NCBI GenBank assembly: GCA_002104905.1
Contig: MCFE01000691.1
Coordinates: forward strand, 1 to 44,566
Length of the DNA: 44,566 bases
Reading direction: 5' to 3'
Source: Basidiobolus meristosporus CBS 931.73
Taxonomy: Eukaryota > Fungi > Basidiobolomycota
Shown here: positions 1 through 15,082 of the stretch, piece by piece
Layout: each line of letters starts with the position of its first letter
How positions within the stretch are numbered: the first letter of the stretch is position 1
Made by a program: the position numbers and the translations under genes
Notes under the pieces: generated by a model
The model's input: only the letters and a program-made list of their open reading frames with translations
What the model was told of the DNA's origin: nothing
The model's database searches: none

Positions 1-335
1 TGTGGTGGTCAGATAAGGAGATATTGACCATATATGGTCACTAAATTAGCGGATTTCGTCGTTTTGGCCGATGCTCAGTATTGGAGCATGGTGTGAATGG
101 CCCTACTGGTACTTGCTGAATCCCAAATGAAACGAATGTAGCATCATATGGCAGCTTGTGGATGACGGAATCCCTTTAGACCATTGTCATGCTGACGGAT
201 CTATAAATAATCGTCATACATGCTGCTGCATCTATTGATTACTCGGTTAATGCTGTGGGAATGTGGTGATCCAATGTTGAACTTTCTAGGGTTTATTGAG
301 TCGATGCGAATACAGCTGAGCTTCGGTGCAGTTCC

Positions 336-1773
336 TCACTCCTTGGGAAGATTCTCCTTGCGCATGTAGATGTCTCTAAATGGGTCTTGGTTGAAGTAGT
401 AGGCCACCTCCTCAATCTGCTCCACCTCTAGATCGCGCACTGGCACACTTGTGTCCCAGGTCAGTTTCGACAGGTGATGGTCTAACCCGGGGCTGAGGGA
501 TCTAAGCCAGAGCTGAGTGGGTGGGTGGCTAATGAACCTGGTTGTTTGTTCCACTTACTTGACAGCTTTGTTGATTGGGGCGGTTTTCTTGTTGAAGAGA
601 GTGCGTATTACAAACTGGAACACATGCTGCGGCACTAGAGGGAAGCCATCAGCTGACCATACGACGGAACAGTCGCCATCAATCGCCATCAATCGCCCTC
701 ACGTACCTTTGGACTCCAGCAGCTTGGGAGTGAACATCAGGACCTGGTAGTTATCCTGGAGGGTAGTTGGTGTTTAGTAAAGCCAACGGACCATCCCAGG
801 GGAAGCATACGGTTACCTGTGGGTACATGCCCTCCTCCGGGATCTCCTCGATCAATTCGATGTCACTGTAGGCTTGGGCGATGACCGATGTGGAAGTGCG
901 GTAGCGGGACTTGATGGGGGCCAGGAATTTCTAGGAAAACCTTTAGCACAGGAAGCAGGCACGAGACGATCAACAACCGTGGTTACTTTGCCAAAGTCGA
1001 CGGGACAGATGGTGCATATCCGGACGCGACCGAATTTCTGGAAATCCAAGGACTCGCCGATGTCGTTGATGGCATAGTTGATATACATCCGGTGGGCGTC
1101 CGTCTTGTACACCGTAACCACCACCAGCAGATCCTCGTTCACTAGGGGGATTCGGCATGTTAGTCCAGGTGCGATGCGCGCGTATCAGGCGGGGCTGGGG
1201 TTACCGTGGGTTTTTTCTCTGATAGGCAGGCTGCCGAGGTACTCGTCTTGGAGGAGCTTCTGGGTGGTTCTGTACGCATAGGGATCCGCGCGGAAGGGTA
1301 CAACGCGGGGATCCGCCTCGCTGAGTTTCTTGGCGGGCAAACCGCGAATCAGAACAACCTTCAATAAATCTCACGTTGCAAAAAGTATCCGTACTGTTAA
1401 TTCGTCGTAGAGTGGAACGCGGGGCTCTACGCAGATGATTTTTTTGGGCTCGCATTGTAGAAAGCTTCGGGTGTGCAGTCCAATGCCTATGGCAATACGG
1501 AGCCATTAGTGTCCGGCGCGGCAAACAAATATGAGAAACCGCCTCTATACCTGGCAGACAATCCAAGATCACTTTGTCCCGAATGACATTTCGGCCAATT
1601 TTCTCGGCTATTTGATCTGTAGGAATGGGGTTAGTGTCCAGCGCAACGGCACCTCTCCCGGGACAGAGCTTACCGGCGAACTTCTGCTTCGCAATCCAAT
1701 GGGCCCGATGCTTGGGCACTTGTTTCCAGCTCGAGAGAGGGAAAATAGGCGGTAGCGCTTTGGGAAGAGGCAT
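336..1773 (-). CDS. MTF1: Mitochondrial transcription factor Mtf1 / TFB-like (rRNA adenine dimethylase fold), multi-exon
   Basis: ATG at 1773. Manual splicing at GT-AG introns gives KVILDCLPG|IGLHTRSFLQCEPKKIICVEP (SAM-fold motif), FQKFGRVRI, SRYRTSTSVIAQAYSDI, FQFVIRTLF and K|SLSPGLDHHLSKLTWDTSVPVRDL, collinear with fungal Mtf1 as recalled. Stop at 336-338. Confidence 0.8.
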
Positions 1774-2128
1774 TTTGCACAGTTAGCCAGCTGTAAAACG
1801 AGATTTCGGAAAATCAAACCAATCCTGCATAAAAGACCATCTAATTTGCGAACAATGGGGGAAGAAAAGATCACAATCCCTCCGCCCTAACCCGTGACTG
1901 GAAAATTTTGCCCAAGGCCGAAATTCGATATTAAGCAGGTGAATGCGGTAGCAGTCCGGGAGAGATGTGGATTTTTCAGTTACTAGCTGGGGAAACAAAG
2001 TTGGCCCCAAACTATTAATTTTGACCAGGGGCTCCACCCCACGAAAATATCATTTCGTTTTGGTCAAAATATTCCCCTCGGTTATTACTAGTGTCTGAGT
2101 GAATAACCACGAAACGCTTTCTAACCAA
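1774..2128. promoter_or_regulatory. Probable bidirectional promoter shared by MTF1 and NDUFS1
   Basis: 355 bp lie between the divergent ATGs. No individual element was identified. Confidence 0.5.
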
Positions 2129-4437
2129 ATGTTGCGTCAAATTTCACACTCTGGGAACCTCCGTAAAGCTCCCACTTTACTTCGCAACGTTCGAGGTACG
2201 TAAATCCTCCCCGCCTCCTTTCCTTTCTTTCCTGAGGGCTGGCTCTCTGGCCGGGTTTCCCCGACCACCAGCCTCTTAGCCCCCTGGCTGTTTCCTCGGC
2301 TTACTGACCTTCGTTTCTAGCCTCCCGTTGTTTCAGCGTCACCGCCGCGCGCAAGGAAGAGATCGAGATTTTCATCGATGACAAGCCAGTGAAAATCGAG
2401 CAAGGCGCGGCACTCATCCAAGCCTGCGAAAAGGCTGGTGTAGATATTCCCCGGTTTTGTTACCACGAGCGTTTGTCTGTGGCCGGTAACTGCAGAATGT
2501 GCCTTGTGGAGGTCGAGAGATCTCCCAAGCCAGTGGCTTCCTGTGCCATGCCCGCAATGCCCGGTATGAAGATTCGCACCAACTCCCCCTTAGTGAAGAA
2601 GGCTCGTGAGGGTGTGATGGAGTTTTTGTTGGCCAACCATCCTCTTGATTGCCCCATCTGTGACCAGGGTGGTGAATGCGATCTTCAGGACCAATCGATT
2701 CGTTACGGCTCGGACCGCAGCCGTTTCTCCGAGGTGGTCGGTAAGCGTGCTGTCGAGGACAAGAACCTTGGCCCCCTCGTCAAGACCTCCATGAACCGTT
2801 GCATTCAGTGTACTCGTTGCGTTCGATTCGCCAACGAGGTTGCCGGCGTTCCCGAGCTTGGTACCTCCGGCAGAGGTAACGACATGCAAATCGGCACCTA
2901 CGTCGAAAAGGCCCTCAACTCGGAGATGTCTGGCAACTTGGTTGACCTGTGCCCAGTTGGTGCCTTGACCTCCAAGCCCTATGCTTTCACATCCCGTCCC
3001 TGGGAGCTGAAGAAGACCGAGTCCATCGATGTTCTTGACGCCATTGGCAGCAACATCCGCATCGACTCCCGTGGTGTCGAAGTCATGAGAGTCCTGCCTC
3101 GTTTGAACGAGGAGGTCAACGAAGAGTGGATCTCGGATAAGACTCGTTTCGCATGCGACGGTCTCAAGAGACAGCGTCTTACCACTCCCTTGATCCGCCA
3201 AGGAAACACCTTCGTTGCCGCCACCTGGGCCGAGGCGCTCGGTGAAGTTGCCGAGAGATTGAGACAGGTCAAGCCTGCTGAGATGAAGGCCGTCGCTGGA
3301 CAATTGGCTGATGCCGAAAGTATGGTGGCCTTAAAGGACTTGTTCAATCGCTTGGGCTCGGAGAACCTCACCGTCGACAGCCCATTGACTGGACACTCTC
3401 CCGTTCACGGAGTCGACGTCCGCTCCAACTACCTGTTCAACTCCACCCTCGCTGGGGTTGACGAGGCCGATGTGGTCCTTCTCGTTGGCACCAACCCTCG
3501 CCACGAGGCACCCATCCTCAACACTCGTCTCAGAAGAAACTACCTCCACAACGGCCTTGACATCGGAGTTGTCGGGGAGTCTTCGGATTTGACATACGAT
3601 TATGAACACCTCGGCGACAACGCCGCCGCCATCGAGAAGTTGCTTTCCGGGGAGCATCCATTTGCCAAGCGCCTCGCCGAAGCCAAGAAGCCCATGATCA
3701 TTGTTGGCAGCGGGATCTCGGAGCATGAGGATGGCTCCTATGTATTCAAATCCCTCTCCGAGTTCCTCCAGAAGCACGAGTCCAAGTTCTTCCAAGAGGG
3801 CTGGAACGGCTACAACGTTTTGCAGCGCGCCGCCAGCACCGCGGGTGCCTTCGATATCGGCTTTGTTCCTCAGGCCGAATCCACTGAGGCCAAGTTCGTC
3901 TATCTCCTAGGCGCTGATGAGATCCAGTCCTCTGACATCCCCAAGGACTCTTTCGTTGTCTACCAAGGCCACCACGGTGACGTCGGCGCCAACTTCGCCG
4001 ATGTCATTCTTCCAGGTGCCGCCTACACCGAGAAGAGCGCCACCTACATCAACACCGAAGGCAGAGCTCAACTCACCAGAGCCGCCGTCTCCCCACCATC
4101 CGGTGCCCGTGAGGATTGGAAGATCATCCGTGCGCTCTCGGAGGTTGCCGGCGCTACCCTTGCCTATGACGATGTCACCACTCTTCGCGAGCGCATGAGC
4201 GACATCGCCCCCCACCTGGTCCGCTACGAATCGGTCGAGGCCACATCCCAAGCCAACTTGGGTCTCGGCCAGCTCTCCAAATTGCAAGGGTCCCCCAAGG
4301 GAAGTCCATTCCCCGCCGTCATCCAAGACTTCTATATGACCGATGTTATCAGCAGAGCCTCCTCCACCATGGCCAAATGTTCCGCAGCATTTTCTCGTAG
4401 CTCCACCAAGGAACCTTTAAAGATCGCCCATGCTTAA
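2129..4437 (+). CDS. NDUFS1: NADH:ubiquinone oxidoreductase 75/78-kDa Fe-S subunit (complex I)
   Basis: ATG 2129 starts a presequence-like [13 protein letters not shown]. One intron at 2196-2320 (GTACGT...TACTGAC...TAG). Fe-S motifs: [50 protein letters not shown]. Confidence 0.98.
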
Positions 4438-4636
4438 GCATCTGTCTAACCCCCACCCATTGACTCTCCCCCAACACATGTCACGCTAGTTTAACTTCAC
4501 CGCATCAATTCTCTGTAGAAGAAACACCCACACTATATAAAATACCGACAAAGTCCATTAAATCACAAGCTTTATTATTCAGCAGGGATTCTAGTTATTC
4601 GGCACCATCAGAAGGGATTCTAGAATGGAGGCGGGG

Positions 4637-6081
4637 TCATTGCTGCCCCTTGGAGAACTGGATCACCGCATACTTGCCGGAGACCATCCAATCGGCGTCG
4701 ACCTGCTCCAGTTCCTCCGCTTGGCCCTCCTTCAGGCCAACAATCACGTCGCTCTTGTTCGTTCTCAATGCGCACAAGGCAGGGAAACCCTGCTCGGTGG
4801 CGAGTGGCCCGATGGCGGTGGTGAACGGAGTGACCGTGGGCCACGCGCAGTCATACACAAGCTTGCGGTAGTTCAGGTCGCCTTTGAATAGCAGCAGGGA
4901 TGACCGGCAAAGGCCCTCATAGAGGTCGGGTGCTTGGGATCGGATGTGGTAGAAGGCGTAGGGGGAGGTCCAGAACTTATGGCTCTGTAGCTCCCAGACC
5001 CCGGACTTGAGGTATTCGGCCCAGCGCTGCGCCAGGTCATGCAGCCTTGCGTCTTGTGCCTCGCCGAACCCGGCAAGACAGGTTTGGATGGTCCACATGA
5101 AATCCACTTCGGTGGTGTCCGAGACAAACCATGGATCGGCTTTGCAGTGGAAGTGGATTTTGGAGGCGTACTGCTTGTGGATAAGCCAGTCGGCTAAGAT
5201 CAGATCGCCAAACAACTCGAACCCTTCAATGGTAAAACTGGTTAGCCCGCTGACAGAGGGGACGGTCTGAATGGAGTCCTCTACAAACCAGCATTGTCCA
5301 GAACAAAATCGATCCTTGCGTTCTTCAACGTCTCCACCTTCTTCCACATGGGCTCGAGGTCGTTAGCGAGGATGTACTTCTCGGCATCCTCCTTTCCTTT
5401 CTGCAGCTTCTCTATATCCTCAGCCTTCAGGTTGACCAGCAGCGACAGGTCGGTCTGGTTTCCCCACAGCGAGATCAAGGCCAGTTCGTAGAAGGTCTCC
5501 TGTACGGCTGAACCGGGAACCTTGAAGAGCGAGTCGGCTCTTTTGGCTAGCTCGAGGACTGCTGTGCGAGAGGCCATAAAGGTGGCTTCCTTTTGCCGGG
5601 TAAATGGATCATAGCTCTTCCAGTGCTTGGACAGGCGAAAGATCTCGCGGATGCGACGGTAAAGATAGCACTCGGAAAACAGCCAGGTGGCCTTGAACCA
5701 GGTCTGACCGTCGAAATGGGTATGCAGGCAATCGTTCCAGAGGGAAACGTCGGTGTCACCATCCTCCTTGATGTCTCTATCAAAGGAAACGGGTCAGAAA
5801 CAGAGTGGAGGCCGGCCCTCACACGCACAGGCCTACCTTAGCTGACGGTCTCTTTGGAGTTCGTAACGTAGTTCGCCGATATCTGAGATGATGGCTTTCG
5901 CCTCAGTCTTCTTCTCGACATTCTCCGCCTCATCCGGCAGTGCGTTGTAGGAACGATACAAGTCGTCAACGATCTTGGTCACAATCACCGGGAGTCTGTC
6001 CTTGATGGTTGTGTAGGCAAAGGTGCCCAGAGCCACCCCAGAAAGTGGCTTGCAAGGTGGATTGGCTGGGCTGGTGGACAT
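4637..6081 (-). CDS. ARMT1/DUF89 damage-control phosphatase family protein, multi-exon
   Basis: ATG 6081. FAYTTIKDRLPVI, SLWGNQTDLSL, FVLDNAG|FELFGDL, KADPWFVSD, FKGDLNYRKL and RTNKSDVIVGL are DUF89 hallmarks. Confidence 0.92.
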
Positions 6082-6124
6082 TTCGAAGGCAAGCCGGTGT
6101 TCGATGATATGCCGCAACTAATAT

Positions 6125-6152
6125 CTGCTGATCGTATCCTGCTGATCGTATC
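6125..6152. repeat. Perfect tandem duplication of CTGCTGATCGTATC (2 x 14 bp)
   Basis: Read directly, about 45 bp upstream of the ARMT1 start codon. Confidence 0.9.
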
Positions 6153-6529
6153 ACCCCAACAAAAGGCCAGGGCTTAATCGATGAATCTCGATCAATCCTT
6201 TGCGATCAACCAGTTGCATGCCCAGTGATATGACGTTGATTTACCAAATGCCCTCGCACTGCCATGACCAGACGTAATTGGTTTGGCCATGTTCAACAGC
6301 TCACCCACCACTCGGACAGCATTTGGCTCGAATCCAGCGGCTGTGGTAAACCAATGTCGATTGACGGGCATGTGACCAGATTCGCAACCACTGCTGAAGA
6401 CACTAGGATATAATGTCTAGCCTTCTGATTTAGTAGTCACTGGAGATTCGTATACAATATTGACAGGAAATTTTATTTCGTGATTTCATTGCCGATTTCA
6501 TTACCGGGTTTTCAGAAGCGTCAGCATTC

Positions 6530-6556
6530 TCCTCTCCTCTCCTCTCCTCTCCTCTC
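6530..6556. repeat. (CTCCT)n microsatellite
   Basis: About five tandem CTCCT units in the ARMT1-PPZ intergenic region. Confidence 0.85.
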
Positions 6557-6787
6557 TTAATTCTACCGTCCTCCTCGTTGAGGCACTTTGTATGCTCTGT
6601 CACACAAGTAGCCAACCCAAGTAAGGCCCATTTCCGCTCCCTGATCTGCCGCTCTCACCATTCTTTTGTGTGCATCCCGAGTCTCCTTCAATACTAACCC
6701 TCCTCAATACAGCAGCTCCACACACCCACGCACACGTACACGCACACACACACGCACACGCACTCCTAGTAGCTTGTCTTCCGCTCC

Positions 6788-8076
6788 ATGGGAAACAATT
6801 CCTCCAAAAAATCCAAGGGTACCTCCGACAACGAGGCTCCAGTTGGAAGGTCGCGAAGGGGCTCCATCCCCTTTATCGACAACTTCAAAAGCAACGGGGA
6901 TTCCGAAGCGAATGCCAACACCCTCGAATCGATCCTTGTGCGGCGCAGAAGTTCCGTCGGCAGCAACGAGCTCGGGGTGGACGCGCCCACCACGCCCACC
7001 AGAAACTCCTTCATCTCACTATCACGACGCGGAAGCTCCGACAGACGCCGGTCCCTGAATGTGGACGATATGATCAGTCGATTACTGGAGTCCGGCTATT
7101 CCGGAACTGTCCCCAAAATCCCGTGTTTAAAGGAGACCGAGATCATGGCGGTTTGCGAGGCAGCCCGGGAGATATTCCTGTCGCAGCCAACGCTAGTCGA
7201 GATCTCGTCCCCGGTGAAGATCGCCGGAGACATCCACGGGCAGTTCACGGACCTCCTGCGCCTCTTCGACATGTGCGGCTTCCCGCCCACCGCCAACTTC
7301 CTCTTCCTTGGGGACTATGTGGATCGAGGGCGCCAGAGTCTCGAGACGATTCTGCTCCTGCTGTGCTACAAAATCAAATACCCCGAGAATTTCTTTCTGC
7401 TCAGAGGCAACCACGAATGCGCCAATGTCACTCGAGGTATGATTGTTCACACATGGGGTGCGTCCTTCTTGTGTTAAGTGTATTTTCTGTAGTGTACGGC
7501 TTCTTTGACGAATGCAAACGGAGATGTAGCATCAAGATCTGGAAGACCTTCATCAATGTGTTCGACACCCTGCCCATAGCCGCCCTCGTTGCTGGCAAGA
7601 TCTTCTGTGTCCACGGGGGGCTTTCGCCGCATCTTCATCATATGGACGACATCCGGAAGATCGAGCGTCCGACCGATGTCCCGGACGAAGGCCTGCTGAT
7701 AGATCTGCTTTGGAGCGATCCCAGTGAGACGGTTGCCGACTGGGAGGACAACGAGCGAGGCGTGTCCTACTGTTTCGGGAAAACGATTGTAAACGAGTTC
7801 CTTGCCACGCACGAACTGGACCTCGTATGCCGGGCCCACATGGTGGTGGAGGATGGCTACGAATTCTTCAACGGCCGCACACTAGTGACGGTGTTTTCCG
7901 CGCCCAATTACTGCGGAGAATTCGACAACTACGGAGCGGTGATGAGCGTGAATGAGGACCTGCTGTGTAGCTTCGAGTTGCTGAAGCCTGTAGATACGCC
8001 CAAACTCCGCCCGGGAAGCCTGCAAGGGGCCCCCTCGTCCCCGCCAGCTCAAGACGCGAAAGCGTCTTCGTTGTAG
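6788..8076 (+). CDS. PPZ1: PP1-family Ser/Thr phosphatase, PPZ type
   Basis: Starts MGNNSSK (N-myristoylation-like). PPP motifs GDIHGQ, GDYVDRG and RGNHE. PPZ-type ANVTR|VYGF across the 56-nt intron at 7437-7492, plus [13 protein letters not shown] and [11 protein letters not shown]. Confidence 0.9.
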
Positions 8077-8259
8077 AGCAGCCAAAATAGAGATTGTCAC
8101 ATATACGTAGATTTCGATATGTTTCCCCCTTTTTGTACACTCCACTCCACCCCTATAGTTCTACTCTGTTTTTCTCCATATTCTCCTCAATATCCACCAC
8201 TCACACGCTTTAACTAAAAGAATGCTTTATTGAACCTAAAGAACCCGCACACAGATGGT

Positions 8260-10497
8260 TCATTGGTGCGCACTCAACATGCGCGCACAATCGAAGTCCC
8301 ATTTGGCTCGCCATTGATTGGCCTTGCACTGCTCCTTAGTCCACGGGTAACCGTAGGTGATTGGGCTGAATATCAGGTAAACGTAGAGCACGGTGAGCAT
8401 CATGGTGAGCACGAGCATGGTTCGTGCTCTGAAGTGCAGGGGGCGAATCAGGTGGTCCAGAGTTGTGCACGTCAGCAGGATTGCGAAATACAACGCCGGT
8501 AGATAATGATGAAGGAAAAGCTGACGTGACATCAGGAAGAATGGGAGGAAGTGCAGGGCCCAGCCCACGAAGTAGAGCCCCACCGAGGATAACCAACGAT
8601 GTAGCGTGTCTAGGTTGGGGGTTAGTGAGAGTCGTGTTGCACTCCGGTTCAATTACCACTTACCATCTTGGTAGCCACGCTGGCGACGAAGCACCAGGAT
8701 CCCTCCGAAGAAGCCGCTGAGTCCCAGACACAGGGTGGTGATCCACCAAACGACTGGGTTGCCCAGGAGATAGACTTGTGAATGCTCCTTTCCCCAGAAA
8801 CTTATCCCTCGCCTCAGCAAGGGCCAATCAGCAGGCCGAGAGCCATATGGATGATACGACGCCAGCCCGGCATTGATCTTCCACATGGTCCGGTGGAGCT
8901 CGGTGAACTTTTGCAGGAAGCTCTGGTGCGGGTAGTTCGCTTTGGCGGAGTCTTCGGGCAGACGTGCGTCGGTGACCGTGTCGACCATCCACAGAGTCTT
9001 GGCTGGTTTGGCCTGTCTCATGCAGGCGACCTCCAGCTGGTCGAATCCCCATTTGGGCAGCTTTTTCTCGCTGGAGTAGAGATCACAGCTCATCCGGGTG
9101 TGGACCAGCTTGAATTTGCTGTGGAACGCCATGAGCCGGTCTGCGGACTCCGGGACGTCCCTGTCATGGTCGTATATGACCACCTTCCAGAGATCATTGT
9201 CGTCTCCCCACTCGTAGCCGCTGACCTCGAAATGGATCTTGCTATTGCTGACCGGGGCTTTAACGCTGTGGCTGTGCAAGCGTTTGTTGGTGACCGAGTG
9301 CAGCAGACGTACTACGTCCCCGTTTTTCACCCACTCGAGGCCGGTTTGAGTGGTGTTCGTCTTGGCCTTGGTGATGACCCAGTCGTTGTGATAGTCTCGA
9401 TGGGAATACAATGTGACCTGTTGCTGCCGACTTCCCGATGGGTAGAAGTGTGGGTGGGAATGAAGATACCCGCTATTCGTGGCCACATGACGGATCTTGA
9501 GCTTGGCTCCGTAGGCGATGTCCCGCAAGGTGTCAGGAATGCTCCCACCCTGGAGCGAGCTACGGAACTGCGGCGACATGAAGCCGTTGCCAGTCCCACT
9601 CTTGGCCAGCCACATGAGATGCACCTGAAACAAAGACATGTAAATCGCGCCAGGCAGGAGAATCAGACACACACCTCGGGCCAGGAGCTCTCTCGCGAAG
9701 CGACTGGGGGTGATCGAGAGGTCTCCGATCAGATCCCACAGTTGGGCTAGGGTCGAGACTCCTATGGTGGCGTAGAGGAAAAGACCGACCCATTTGACAC
9801 TGCCGGTCAGCCCGAGCGAGACCCCGGTGGCAGTTAACCAGAACCACCACTTCGCAGTGAACGGGGTGGTGAGTTGGTTCTGAAAATGAACCCACGCGAG
9901 TATAGTGAGCGCGGTGAAGAACACCAGGGGAGAGTCTAGGAGTATGTGGCGGAACTGGGCAGTGTACGAGTTCTCAAAGGTGACTACGAAGGCGCCCAGT
10001 GATGCAGCCAGGTGGGAGCAGTGGGCACCGCGTAACGTAAAGTAAGCAATGGGAACAAGTAGCCAGCCTAGCACGGCAGGGAGCAGGCGCATGGCAACAT
10101 AGGGCACGTTCGGCTCGACGTAATCCAAGCCAATCTTCTCGAACATGAAGCTACCGTCGAAGCCTGTGACATAGCCGACGGCCGCAATCATCATCTTCGC
10201 CAGCGGCGGATGAACATCCATGAAAAACTCGCGTTTGATGTACTTGCTAGCGAACCCGCCGAAATGGACCTCGTCAAACACCACAGAACTGGGCTCCGAT
10301 ATCCGGTAGAATCGCACCAGCGCAGCGATCAAGGTGATGGCCGAAACCACCGCCAGGTGGGATGGGCGAACGGTGGCCGGAGCGGACGCTTCGAACCCCT
10401 TCAACTTCCCATTGTTGTCAAGCTCGACCGCCCCGTGAAAGTCCACCCCCTTGTCAAGATTCTTGCGTTTACGCACCGAGGGTACAATTGCCACCAT
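8260..10497 (-). CDS. PMT1: Dolichyl-phosphate-mannose protein O-mannosyltransferase, PMT1 subfamily
   Basis: VVFDEVHFGGFASKY...MDVHPPLAKM, MIR domains (YLHSHPHFY, RLHSH, QLEVAC), C-terminal LFLHHYLPALYF. One short intron near 8610-8663. The start is taken as the first in-frame ATG (10497); the ORF-track start at 10569 is TTG. Confidence 0.93.
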
Positions 10498-10798
10498 CCG
10501 AAGAGGAAAAGTATGGCGGAAAAATAAAGCAGCTGGACTGGAAAGTGGCGTATATTTATTCGGATTCAATCATATAAACATTGACGTGCACCATTGACAA
10601 CAACTTCTTATTTTTATGACTGTTGATGCCTAGTGCCTGCCAATCGTTGCGAGATGCTATGACAACGGTCAAGCTAAAATTAGCCAGAAGAGGATGCTTT
10701 TAATTTTGTATAGAGACTGTATATTAAATTGTACTGCTCCCTGAGGATTACGTGATGGGAGGAAGAAAGGTATATGTGAGCGTGATAGCAAGACGGCA

Positions 10799-13653
<2,855 letters not shown>

Positions 13654-13984
13654 GTGTTTATCCAGCGAAGTACAGACAGAGGAGGGAAATATGTCTACAG
13701 GTCAGGAAGCGGCTTTATCAAATAAAGATAAAATCGTTTCGGGCTTATTTAATGCTGGATTTGGTGTTAAATCAAGCAGGCAATTTGATTAGCACCTGCC
13801 AGACCATTTGCCCCAAACGCAATGCCCATTCCCAGCGCACAATCAAGTCTAGATCAGAGTGACGCGTTGGGTCTGATTGCTGCCAGCACCGGTCGAGAAT
13901 GGGGGGAGATTGATCTACACTGGTGAATATTCCATATTTCAGATGAGCAGGAACCCTTGAGCCCAAGCACTTTATTTTTGAACT

Positions 13985-14947
13985 ATGACTATTGACCAAG
14001 TCCCCGTTCTCCCACCAGCCCAGCCCGCACCCATGTCCCTTCCAGAACTATCCAAACTCTCTCTCGAGCAAACAAGCGAATCACACCCTGTCTCCGAACC
14101 AGATCCACACGGAGGGGACCAACCTCAGTCCCGAGCAGACCCAAGCCCCCAAGAGGAGGACGACATGGTCACAGTGTTCACCGATCCGGCCAACTTCAAC
14201 GTCAAGCATCCTTTAAATAGCTCTTGGATACTCTGGTACGACAATCCTGGGAAAAAGACCAACCAGCACAGTTGGTCCCAAAACTTGAAGCAGATCATTT
14301 GCTTCGACACAGTCGAGGATTTCTGGGGGTAATGTTCTTAGCCACCCACGCTGCTCAGCGTTGACAACTAAACCGAACCCATTTCCTTTCTCTACGCGCA
14401 GAATATGGAACAATCTGATTCCGATCAGCGACCTGAGCGCCGGCTCGAATTACCACTTCTTCAAAGAAGGGATCAAACCCATGTGGGAAGACCCAGCCAA
14501 CGACAAGGGAGGAAAGTGGGTTATTCAGCTACCGAGGAAGACAGGGGAGCAAATCAATCAGCTCTGGCTTTACACGGTATGTTCGGTGTGTTGTTGCCCA
14601 GTGGGCTAGGGGTATTGATTCCGGTCTGTGCAGGTTCTCTCATGTATAGGCGAATCCTTTGCCTACGAGGATGAGATCTGTGGCTGTGTTGCGTCCATCC
14701 GTAAAGGCTTCTACCGGCTGGCTCTGTGGACTCGGTCTTCTGATGACCAGGAGATATGTCTATCTATTGGGTATGTACTTTGCTCACAGTATCGCTCAGA
14801 GCCACTCAACGAACAAGCCGTTTTACTCTCTGTAGGACACATCTGAAGGAGACATTGTCCCTTGGGCCCAACCAAAGCCTAGGCTTCCAGGCACACTCCG
14901 ATGCATCCAGAAGTGGCTCGTTCAAGAAAGACCGCTTTGTTGTTTAA
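13985..14947 (+). CDS. Translation initiation factor eIF4E (class I), 4 exons
   Basis: KHPLNSSWILWYD, TVEDFWG, NYHFFKEGIKPMWED, GGKW, LWLYT and YRLALWTR; the conserved Trp set is present. Canonical introns. Confidence 0.96.
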
Positions 14948-15082
14948 CCACAATCCCCTAGTCAGATAAACCATCAACAAACCCCATTCAATGAAAATGT
15001 AGATGTAAATGAATGCCATTTCAATGTTTAGTTTAAGGTGGCGACATGGAGCAATTAGTTGGATTACAATTTATACAGCATT

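Noticed and set aside
2590-4326. Long antisense ORFs opposite NDUFS1 (similarly 8782-9750 opposite PMT1)
   Set aside because: These are expected shadows of strong GC3 codon bias, with no independent motifs.
6670-8076. 468-aa ORF suggesting a long novel N-terminus on the phosphatase
   Set aside because: It is a frame artefact. The true 5' exon (6788-7436) is in another frame and joins through the 56-nt intron.
10498-10569. N-terminal extension of PMT1 shown in the ORF track
   Set aside because: It starts at TTG. The first in-frame ATG at 10497 gives a normal-length N-terminus.
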